Positions 24,716-31,879 of a stretch of DNA of 64,000 nt are shown here, piece after piece (position 1 is the stretch's first letter; every line of letters begins with the position of its first letter). The position numbers were made by a program, and so were the translations under genes. Source of the stretch: a virus (taxonomy: Duplodnaviria > Caudoviricetes); IMG/VR virus record IMGVR_UViG_3300009431_000002, positions 1-64,000 of that record. One strand, 5' to 3'. The notes beneath the pieces were generated by a model that saw nothing but the letters and a program-made list of their open reading frames with translations, searched no databases and had not been told where the DNA came from.

Positions 24716-24759
24716 CAGGAGGCCCGCGTTCTGCAGTGCCTTCTTTCTTAGATCAAAGT

Positions 24760-24848
24760 TGGCGGAGAGGGGGAGAATCGAACTCCCGGCCCTGTCGGGT
24801 CAACGCCTTAGCAGGACGCGGTAGGGCACCAACGCCTACAGCCCCTCC
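24760..24848 (-). tRNA. tRNA-Ser(GCT) with extended D-stem
   Basis: GCGTC-CT GCT AA-GGCGT; D-stem GTAGG/CCTAC; G73, CCA. Confidence 0.85.
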
Positions 24849-24926
24849 TTGCCGCTCGAGCACGCACCCAGAATCACAGAAGCTCCGAACATACCGGCCC
24901 TTTGTTCGGAGCTACTCCGAACATTG

Positions 24927-25012
24927 TGGCGGATGGAGAGCGGATCGAACGCTCGCTGGTGTCCCAGGCCTCGACTTTCCAAGCCGGCACCTTGCCACTC
25001 GGTCACCCATCC
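24927..25012 (-). tRNA. tRNA-Ser(GGA)
   Basis: CGGC-TT GGA AA-GTCG; long variable arm; G73, CCA. Confidence 0.9.
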
Positions 25013-25413
25013 GTGTTGGAGGAGGGTGGGGGATTCGAACCCCCGCACCCAGGGTCACTGGACTCGCCGGATTTCCGGACCTTGACCCCCCTTTTGCGCA
25101 GCTCTGCGCGCCAGGTGCTGTCGCCTAGTGCATCACCTGTGGCGAGGCAGTTGCCCAGGACAGGTACCCGGCAGTGTGCCCTACCGGCAACCCAGTCCTC
25201 CCCCACGTATTCATGGATGCCCCCATCTTGGTCGACGGCGACCATACGGTCGGGAGGAAGGTCGAGTACACGTGACACCTGCGTCCAGACGTCGTCGATG
25301 ACATCGGGGCTGTGCCTAGACCGCGTAGCATGCCAAGGGACCGTGGGAAGTGCCCCAGCGAAACAGGTCCGCACGATCACAATGGCGTCCTCGTTGGCGC
25401 CGTGCTCACACAT
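25003..25413 (-). CDS. Hypothetical protein reading through the tRNA remnant
   Basis: Start MCEHGANED overlaps the HNH stop; C-terminus encoded by tRNA-like sequence. Confidence 0.5.
   Translation of the reverse strand: MCEHGANEDAIVIVRTCFAGALPTVPWHATRSRHSPDVIDDVWTQVSRVLDLPPDRMVAVDQDGGIHEYVGEDWVAGRAHCRVPVLGNCLATGDALGDSTWRAELRKRGVKVRKSGESSDPGCGGSNPPPSSNTDG
25017..25091 (-). pseudogene. tRNA-like remnant lacking D-arm and anticodon (possibly ex-Ser(TGA))
   Basis: Acceptor GGGGGGT/ACCCTCC, CCGGA-AA-TCCGG arm, variable hairpin, perfect T-arm, T CCA. Confidence 0.65.
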
Positions 25414-25876
25414 CGTTTTTCTTCTCCAGTCCGTAGTGCTCCTCGGCGTGGCAGTTGGGGCACAGCAGCTCCAGGTTCTCTGGGTCGTCCGTGCCCCCGT
25501 CAGCGCGGTGCACCTTGTGGTGCACAATCAGGATTTCCGGCAGTCGGTTATACGGGCACCGCTCACACTGCTCTCCACGGAGCTCCCCGAGCATCTTCCG
25601 GAGACGCTTCTTGCGCGCCATGTGGCTATTAGGTTGTCCCTGCCCATATTTGATGCCTGTCCTTTTCTTGTTCGAGCAGGCCTTGCTGCAGGTGATCCTG
25701 CGGCTGTTACCGGCCAGAAACTCGTCGCCGCACACCGGACAGGTCTTCGGCTTCCTGCACCACTTCCCATAGCAGGCCTTGCTGCAGAAGACCTTTCCGC
25801 TCTTCGAGTTCAGATCGCGCTTCCTCCGGTAGACGGGCTTCTCGCAGACAGCACACTCGGCATTGGGTTTGTGCAT
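25406..25876 (-). CDS. HNH endonuclease with N-terminal Cys/Zn fingers
   Basis: IVHHKVHRADGGTDDPENLELLCPNCHAEEH; TG-C-TATGAT -10 upstream. Confidence 0.92.
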   Translation of the reverse strand: MHKPNAECAVCEKPVYRRKRDLNSKSGKVFCSKACYGKWCRKPKTCPVCGDEFLAGNSRRITCSKACSNKKRTGIKYGQGQPNSHMARKKRLRKMLGELRGEQCERCPYNRLPEILIVHHKVHRADGGTDDPENLELLCPNCHAEEHYGLEKKNDV

Positions 25877-25909
25877 GATATGAAATCATAGCACACCCAA
25901 TACCAGAAG

Positions 25910-25995
25910 TGGCGGGCAGGGTGGGAGTCGAACCCACGGAGCTTTCGCCCACTGGTTTTCGAGACCAGCACCATAAGCCACTCGGACACCTGCCC
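25910..25995 (-). tRNA. tRNA-Ser(CGA)
   Basis: CTGGT-CT CGA AA-ACCAG; G73, CCA. Confidence 0.95.
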
Positions 25996-26193
25996 TCACT
26001 TCTGCTTGGGCGGGTCGGCCTTCTCTCGTGCCTTACCAGACTCGGCCAACCCTCCCAGTCGCTCGATCCGCAGACCGTAGTGGTGGGTTGACTCACCTGG
26101 CTTCAGCGCCGCCATCTTCATGCCGAGCCCGGGCTCGTTCCATGGCGCGTCGGCCAGCACCTCCGCATGCTTCTCTCGTCTGTCCTCGGCCAT
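25996..26193 (-). CDS. Small hypothetical protein inside tRNA operon
   Basis: GGAGG RBS before MAEDRREK. Confidence 0.6.
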   Translation of the reverse strand: MAEDRREKHAEVLADAPWNEPGLGMKMAALKPGESTHHYGLRIERLGGLAESGKAREKADPPKQK

Positions 26194-26242
26194 CTGGGCC
26201 TCCGTTTTGCAACCCAACGTCCTTGACAGGACGGGCATCTTG

Positions 26243-26330
26243 TGGTGGGCCGGGGAGGGATCGAACCTCCAGGGTCGCAATGACTCCGGGTCTACAGTCC
26301 GGCGCGCTTCCAGTTACGCTCTACCGACCC
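26243..26330 (-). tRNA. tRNA-Tyr(GTA)
   Basis: CCGG(A)-CT GTA GA-(C)CCGG; variable arm; CCA. Confidence 0.9.
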
Positions 26331-26346
26331 ACGTGTATTCAGTTGT

Positions 26347-26422
26347 TGGCGGAGACGACGGGGCTCGAACCCGCTACCTCCCGGGCGACAGCCGGGCGTC
26401 CTTCCACCAGGACCTCGTCTCC
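26347..26422 (-). tRNA. tRNA-Asp(GTC)
   Basis: CCCGG-CT GTC GC-CCGGG; G73, CCA. Confidence 0.95.
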
Positions 26423-26425
26423 GCA

Positions 26426-26501
26426 TGGTGGATCGGGCTGGAGTTGAACCAGCGGCACCGAGATTTTCAGTCCCGTGCTCTACCTGCTGAGCTACCGATC
26501 C
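26426..26501 (-). tRNA. tRNA-Phe(GAA)
   Basis: CGGGA-CT GAA AA-TCTCG; CCA. Confidence 0.95.
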
Positions 26502-26504
26502 ACA

Positions 26505-26580
26505 TGGAGCAGGCATCCGGACTCGAACCGGAGATGACCGGAGCTGCAATCCGGCGCCTTACCAACTTGGCTATGCCCGC
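26505..26580 (-). tRNA. tRNA-Cys(GCA)
   Basis: CCGGA-TT GCA GC-TCCGG; U73, CCA. Confidence 0.95.
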
Positions 26581-26591
26581 TCAAACCTCTG

Positions 26592-26637
26592 CTCTCCCAT
26601 CCTGCGCCCCTTCGGGGCCAGGACAGGTCACGGAGAG
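26592..26637 (-). promoter_or_regulatory. Long leader hairpin homologous to 14963-15008
   Basis: CTCTCC/GGGAGAG, TCCTG/CAGGA, GCCCC-GAAG-GGGC. Confidence 0.65.
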
Positions 26638-26649
26638 ACGCAGACGCAG

Positions 26650-26712
26650 TTATGCGGAGTCGCTATCGAAGCAATAGGAAGACGATGACAGGAGGGGTGC
26701 AGCGGTGTGCAT
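26650..26712 (-). CDS. Leaderless leader peptide MHTAAPLLSSSSYCFDSDSA (Cys/Phe/Asp/Tyr/Ser operon)
   Basis: ATG CAC ACC GCT GCA CCC CTC CTG TCA TCG TCT TCC TAT TGC TTC GAT AGC GAC TCC GCA TAA, 6 nt after TACGGT. Confidence 0.88.
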   Translation of the reverse strand: MHTAAPLLSSSSYCFDSDSA

Positions 26713-26718
26713 GGGGCG

Positions 26719-26747
26719 ACCGTACCTCAGCCTGTCGAGGAGGTCAA
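26719..26747 (-). promoter_or_regulatory. Promoter TTGACC-17-TACGGT
   Basis: Read directly. Confidence 0.75.
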
Positions 26748-27001
26748 CGACGAAAGAGCGTCTCCAGTGCGCGGCGGACCAGCTCCCAGACGGGATAGGA
26801 CTCCCGCGGGTAGTCGAGTACCTCACACTCCCGCTGGACGCGGTCAGTGGTCCCGCGCCGCATCAGGCTCACGTCGTAGTTCCCGCGACGGGGGTGGTCG
26901 GGGTGGACACCGAAGCCCTGATTGGCGAGGGTCATGCGGCCGATCTCACGCTTCCGCCGCTCGCTCCCGCCAGGCCACAGCTCGATGCGGACTACGATCA
27001 C
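26744..27001 (-). CDS. Small hypothetical protein
   Basis: Coupled to 26998..27210. Confidence 0.65.
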   Translation of the reverse strand: MIVVRIELWPGGSERRKREIGRMTLANQGFGVHPDHPRRGNYDVSLMRRGTTDRVQRECEVLDYPRESYPVWELVRRALETLFRR

Positions 27002-27210
27002 TCTTCGGCTCCCTCGACGGGGTTGGGGATCTGGAAGTTGAGCTTGCCCATGATGTAGGTCCGGACGCAGGACTTCTCGAAGTTGGTCATGGGGTCGTCG
27101 CCGTGGCGCTGCATGAACGAGTCGAGCGCCTCGATCTCCTCCTCCACCAGCTTGATGGCCTCCGCCTCGGCGGTTGGTACGGTTCCGTCTTCCTTGCAGA
27201 TTCGCAGCAT
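26998..27210 (-). CDS. Small hypothetical protein
   Basis: GAGGAG RBS. Confidence 0.65.
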   Translation of the reverse strand: MLRICKEDGTVPTAEAEAIKLVEEEIEALDSFMQRHGDDPMTNFEKSCVRTYIMGKLNFQIPNPVEGAEE

Positions 27211-27302
27211 GTCAGTTCTCCTCTGGGCCTCAGTGTCCCAAGGCGGCAGAATCCCGTCAACACCGTCATAAGAGCCGTAGCTATAGCGAAAAGGAGGTAG
27301 CC

Positions 27303-28283
27303 GTGAACGTACCTTGGACCAAAGTCCTGGCCGAGGTGGACACCGACGAGGCGTCGGTAGCCATCGAGAGGGCCCGCCTGGACTGGGAAACCAGTCTCCA
27401 CTCCATGACCATCGAGGTCACCGACGACGAGGGCACCATCGTGCCCACGACCGTCGACGACCACAGCTGTGTGGTCCGCCTCGACAACCAGCTCCAGCTC
27501 GGCGTCGTCGGGTCGTCCTACAAGGACATCCAGAACGACCGCGCCTTCGAGATCTTCGAGTCCATCGCCCGCGAGGGCGACCTCAAGTTCACCCACGCCG
27601 GCGAGCTCGCCGGCGGCCGCATCATCATGGCCGTCGTCGACCTCGGCCGCACCATCGAGCTCGGCGATGACGACATCATCTTCGGCCACATCTGCATGTT
27701 CACCAGCCACAACGGGTCCCGGGCTCTCGGCGCCATGCTGATGGCCACCACCTCCGAGGGGAACGCTGCGCTCAACGTCAAGGTCCTCGGCAAGCGCTCC
27801 GGCATCAAGATCCGCCACACCGGCGATGTCAAGCAGAAGGTCAAGCAGGCCTCCAAGATCATCGACACCCTGATCGCCGCCTTCGAGAGCTACGAGGAGA
27901 AGGTCGTCCGGCCTCTCATCGGCTGCGAGCTGTCCTTCCGCGAGACCAAGGAGGTCCTGCTGGAGCTCGTCCCCGACCCGAAGCGTGAGGGCGCCTCGAA
28001 CTCCAAGGCCGCCAAGCGCCGGGACAAGATCCGGGAGCTGTTCGAGATCGGCCCCGGGGCCCACCTCCCGTCCCGCGAGAGCACGGCCTGGGGCCTGCTG
28101 TGCGCCGTGAGCCAGTACTACGCGGCCGAGTGCCACACCCGCGGCGTCGAGGACGACGACGAGGTCGGCAAGCAGACGAACCGGATGAAGGCCGTGTGGT
28201 TCGGATCCGGCGGGCAGTCGACGCTGAAGACGGCCTCGATTCTGCTGGACCTCATCAAGCGGAAGCGGGAGGCTCAGGCCTGA
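27303..28283 (+). CDS. DUF932/DUF945-like phage-plasmid protein
   Basis: ARLDW...LGVVGSSYKDIQNDRAF...AGELAGGR...TSHNGS...IRHTG...TAWGLLCAVSQY; AGGAGG RBS. Confidence 0.8.
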   Translation: MNVPWTKVLAEVDTDEASVAIERARLDWETSLHSMTIEVTDDEGTIVPTTVDDHSCVVRLDNQLQLGVVGSSYKDIQNDRAFEIFESIAREGDLKFTHAGELAGGRIIMAVVDLGRTIELGDDDIIFGHICMFTSHNGSRALGAMLMATTSEGNAALNVKVLGKRSGIKIRHTGDVKQKVKQASKIIDTLIAAFESYEEKVVRPLIGCELSFRETKEVLLELVPDPKREGASNSKAAKRRDKIRELFEIGPGAHLPSRESTAWGLLCAVSQYYAAECHTRGVEDDDEVGKQTNRMKAVWFGSGGQSTLKTASILLDLIKRKREAQA

Positions 28284-28582
28284 TGCCGGGGTTCTGGGAG
28301 AGCTTCGAGGGCCGGGCCTTCGTCTCTCAACTGCAGGCGGTCTTCCCGTCGGTGACCCGCATCGGGATGCACGTCAAACAGGTCGCAGACGAACTGAAGC
28401 GCCGCAACGACGAGTCCCAAAAGACACGACAGGTGCTTCAGCAGCTGACGCAGCAACTGCAGGACGAGGACACGGTCCGAGAGGGCAGTGGGGTCCACGT
28501 CCTGATCATACACGTGGAGGACCGAGATGGTGTACCCGCAGTTCGTGGTCCTGGAGATGGGTCGGGGGGACGCCGTGGATGA
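28283..28582 (+). CDS. Hypothetical protein
   Basis: TGATG coupling. Confidence 0.5.
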   Translation: MPGFWESFEGRAFVSQLQAVFPSVTRIGMHVKQVADELKRRNDESQKTRQVLQQLTQQLQDEDTVREGSGVHVLIIHVEDRDGVPAVRGPGDGSGGRRG

Positions 28583-29015
28583 GACGAAGATGCCCCCGCC
28601 CGGCGGCTGGTCCGAGCGCAGGGACGCCAAGCTCAAGGAGGTCGAGGCCGAGAAGGTCCGGCAGTCGAAGCTCAAGCACATCCCCCTGGAGGGGTGGATC
28701 TTCGGCTGGCGGCGCCCGACGCCCAAGCCCTTCGAGTACATGGGCTGCTGCGTCGTGCTCGAGCCCGAGTTCGTCAACGTCCTGGTCGAGAACTCCGAGG
28801 AGGTCACCTACGCCGAGATGCTCAAGCACTGCGACCTCGTCATCTTCGCCCAGGTCTTCGACTACGTCCGGAGCCAGCGGGAGGGCCATGGCGGGACGCT
28901 CAAGGACGACCGCGCCGTGTCCTTCCACCGCGCCGAGATCCCGTCCACGGGCGAGGTCTACTACTACGTCGACCACTCGCGCATCGAGTGGGTCTACAAG
29001 AAGAGGGCCGCGTGA
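28527..29015 (+). CDS. Hypothetical protein
   Basis: Typical codon bias; coupled to helicase. Confidence 0.65.
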   Translation: MVYPQFVVLEMGRGDAVDETKMPPPGGWSERRDAKLKEVEAEKVRQSKLKHIPLEGWIFGWRRPTPKPFEYMGCCVVLEPEFVNVLVENSEEVTYAEMLKHCDLVIFAQVFDYVRSQREGHGGTLKDDRAVSFHRAEIPSTGEVYYYVDHSRIEWVYKKRAA

Positions 29016-30928
29016 CCTACATCACCGACAGCTTCAAGGCCGGCGGGCACATCGACCAGCGTATGCCGAGCTACCTGCCGCGGCCGCAGCAGCTGGAGTA
29101 CGCCCAGGCCGTCCACGAAGCCGTGGCGGACCCGCACCACCTCATCGCCGAGGCACCGACCGGCATCGGCAAGTCCCTCGGCTACCTGGTCCCCGTCTCC
29201 AACGCAGTGGCCACCACCAAGCGCAAGGCCGTCATCGTCACCGCCGGCATCACCCTGCAGGAGCAGCTGCTCCGCAAGGACCTGCCGATGCTGCAGGACG
29301 CCGTGCCCTGGCACTTCAGCTACGCCTTGCGCAAGGGCCTGAGCAACTACGTCTGCCTCTACCGGCTGACGCAGTCCCGAGCGAAGCCGCCGGGCGGCCG
29401 CGAAGTGCGTGAGGCCTTCGACCGCCTGTCCGACTGGGAGCGGACCTCGGCCTGCACCGGCGACCGCAGCGACGCCGACCTCCCGAACGCGGACAAGGCG
29501 TGGCACCTCGTGTCGACCAACCACCAGGACTGCCTGCGCGGCGACTGCACGTTCAAGGAGGCGGGCCGCTGCTACGCCTACCGCGCGTTCAAGGGCGTCG
29601 CCGAGGCACAGATCGTGGTGACCAACTACCACGTCCTGTTCGCCGACCTGCAGCTGTACAGGCTCACCGGCGACCACCACGTCCTGCCTCCCTACGACAT
29701 CCTCGTCATGGACGAGGCCCACCAGGCGGCCGACGTGGCCCGACAGTTCTTCGGCTTCCGCGTGACCCGCCGGCAGTGCGCACGCGCCGCCAAGCTCCTG
29801 AACGACGACCCCCTCGACAAGCCGAGGATGTTCCGGGGCCTGATGGCCGAGATCAACGACGTCTTCGCCCACGCCGAGACCCACTACGGCAAGGCCAAGG
29901 GGAAGAAGCGGATCACCGAGGCCGGCGCGCTGAAGGCCCTGGAGCTCGCCAAGAAGCTCCACGACGCCGGCGACGCCTACCAGGACTACCTGGACACCAA
30001 GAGGGTGCCCAAGGAGGTGGGAGCGCGGCTGAAGGGCGCCATCCGGCGGTGTGAGCACATCGTCGACGCCCTGGACTCCCTGGAGCACCTCGAACCCAAC
30101 CTGTCCTACTTCGTGGCCAAGGAGCGCAGCCAGTACTCCATCAACGCCTGGACCATCCGCGTCGACCGGCTCCTGCACAAGACGCTGTTCGCCGACCTGG
30201 CGACAGCCGTGGCAACGTCGGCGACCCTGGAGGTCGACAGGAGCTTCGGGTACATCCTCGGCGAGCTGGGGATGAAGCCCAAGGTCGAGGGATCCGTCGG
30301 CAGTCCGTTCGACTTCTCGAAGCAGGCGCTGGCCGTCACGCCGGGCATGCCCGAGCCCAACGCCGACAACTTCCCGGACGCCGTGCGGCGCTGTGTCGAC
30401 GACGTCATCCAGCAGGCCAAGGGCCGAACGCTGGTGCTGTGCACCTCCTACAAGATGCTCAAGCACCTGCAGTCCACCCTGCAGCCGGGGGCCCACACGC
30501 TGATGTGCCAGGGCGACCGGCCGCGCATCCGGCTCATCGACGCGTTCCGCAAGGACACGCACTCCGTGCTCCTGGGGACCGAGTCCTTCTGGAGCGGCGT
30601 GGACGTGCCCGGGGAGAGCCTCAGCTGCGTCGTGATGGACCGTCTGCCCTTCCGGTCGCCCGACGACCCCATCAGCGCGGCGCTGAGCGACCTGGACAGC
30701 ATGGCGGCGTTCCAGGAGTGGACACTGCCTCGCGCCGTCGTCCTGTTCCGACAGGCCGTTGGCCGCCTCATCCGAACCGTCGACGACCGCGGCGTCGTCG
30801 TCCTCCTGGACCGTCGCCTCCTCGCCAAGAACTACGGGGGCATGTTCTGGTCCGGGCTGCCCGAAGGGATCAAGCACACGTACAACGTCGATGACATCGG
30901 CCCATTCCTGGAAGGAGGTGCACGTTGA
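29012..30928 (+). CDS. dinG: DinG/YoaA family SF2 helicase (Fe-S)
   Basis: EAPTGIGKS, NYVC, C..DC...C Fe-S ligands, DEAH, FWSGVDVPG, QAVGRLIR. Confidence 0.92.
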   Translation: MTYITDSFKAGGHIDQRMPSYLPRPQQLEYAQAVHEAVADPHHLIAEAPTGIGKSLGYLVPVSNAVATTKRKAVIVTAGITLQEQLLRKDLPMLQDAVPWHFSYALRKGLSNYVCLYRLTQSRAKPPGGREVREAFDRLSDWERTSACTGDRSDADLPNADKAWHLVSTNHQDCLRGDCTFKEAGRCYAYRAFKGVAEAQIVVTNYHVLFADLQLYRLTGDHHVLPPYDILVMDEAHQAADVARQFFGFRVTRRQCARAAKLLNDDPLDKPRMFRGLMAEINDVFAHAETHYGKAKGKKRITEAGALKALELAKKLHDAGDAYQDYLDTKRVPKEVGARLKGAIRRCEHIVDALDSLEHLEPNLSYFVAKERSQYSINAWTIRVDRLLHKTLFADLATAVATSATLEVDRSFGYILGELGMKPKVEGSVGSPFDFSKQALAVTPGMPEPNADNFPDAVRRCVDDVIQQAKGRTLVLCTSYKMLKHLQSTLQPGAHTLMCQGDRPRIRLIDAFRKDTHSVLLGTESFWSGVDVPGESLSCVVMDRLPFRSPDDPISAALSDLDSMAAFQEWTLPRAVVLFRQAVGRLIRTVDDRGVVVLLDRRLLAKNYGGMFWSGLPEGIKHTYNVDDIGPFLEGGAR

Positions 30929-31386
30929 CCGAGATCGACATCGAACGCGAACGCATGGCCTGCGCCTTCTGTCTGGGAGGCGGAGAGCTCCACGAGCCAC
31001 ACCCGGACTTCCCCGACGAGTGGGACGGGACCATCGCCTACTGGTACGAGGGCACGCCCGAGTACGCCACCGAGTACCGTGACGAGCACGACTGCCGCAC
31101 TGCCCTGATGTCCGTCTCCGCCGGCCTGCCGTCGCCGCCCGACGGCTGGGAGCTCCTCGGCACCCACACTGCCTCTGGCGAAGCGGAGTGCTGGTGGTGC
31201 GGTCCCGGCACCGGCTGGGATGGCAGCGACGAACAAGTCCTCGCTGAGCACCACGCCGAGATGCCGACGCCGACCGGCTACCGTGGCGACCCCAAGTGCA
31301 AGCTCTGTGGGGGCGACGGCCACGTCTACCTCGGCGGTGGTTGGGCGGAGGTCGTCTTCGCGCGGCTGGAGGACGAGGATGAGTAG
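30925..31386 (+). CDS. Cys-rich hypothetical protein
   Basis: CAFC, CWWC, CKLC; AGGAGG RBS. Confidence 0.65.
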   Translation: MTEIDIERERMACAFCLGGGELHEPHPDFPDEWDGTIAYWYEGTPEYATEYRDEHDCRTALMSVSAGLPSPPDGWELLGTHTASGEAECWWCGPGTGWDGSDEQVLAEHHAEMPTPTGYRGDPKCKLCGGDGHVYLGGGWAEVVFARLEDEDE

Positions 31387-31879
31387 ACCGCGCGCCTACG
31401 CAGAGGAGACCACGGTCTCCGTGAGCCGCACCCGCGAGCAGATCAACAAGCTGCTCCGCACCTGGGGCTGCGAGCAGATCCTGTGGATGGACAACTTCAA
31501 GGAGGGCAGCGCTCTCCTGCAGCTCGTCTGGATCACGGAGAAGGGCCTGCAGATCCCCCTCGAGTACTCCATCAGCCTGCCCACCGAGGCGGAGATCCGT
31601 GCCGAGTACCAACGGCCGCCGACGAAGGCGCAGGTCGAGAAGCGGCGCCAGCAGCGCAACCGGGCGATGTTCCGGCTCCTGCTGCTGAAGCTGAAGGCCG
31701 ACCTCAACTGGGTCGCCGCCGGCGGCGAGGATGAGATCTCCGTCTTCCTGTCCCACGTGATCATGAACGACACCGATGGCGTGCCGATGCAGATCGGCCA
31801 GCTCGTCGGGCCGAAGCTGCTGGAGGGCTACACCGGTCACCCCGTGAAGCTGCTGGGAGGACCCCATGGCCGCGAATGA
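31379..31879 (+). CDS. Hypothetical phage protein
   Basis: YAEETTVSVSRTREQI N-terminus; coupled. Confidence 0.65.
   Translation: MSRPRAYAEETTVSVSRTREQINKLLRTWGCEQILWMDNFKEGSALLQLVWITEKGLQIPLEYSISLPTEAEIRAEYQRPPTKAQVEKRRQQRNRAMFRLLLLKLKADLNWVAAGGEDEISVFLSHVIMNDTDGVPMQIGQLVGPKLLEGYTGHPVKLLGGPHGRE

Noticed and set aside
25017-25091. tRNA-Pyl, tRNA-Sec or a full tmRNA
   Set aside because: No CUA or UCA anticodon loop, no tmRNA D-loop consensus, tag frame or pseudoknots; kept only as a remnant or mimic
12273-26580. CRISPR array or repeat-spacer structure
   Set aside because: The periodic repeats are tRNA T-arms and D-arms; no constant repeat with unique spacers and no cas genes
12557-26712. Intrinsic (U-tract) terminators after the leader hairpins
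   Set aside because: No poly-U follows any of the six hairpins, so a classical intrinsic attenuator is not supported and the mechanism remains open
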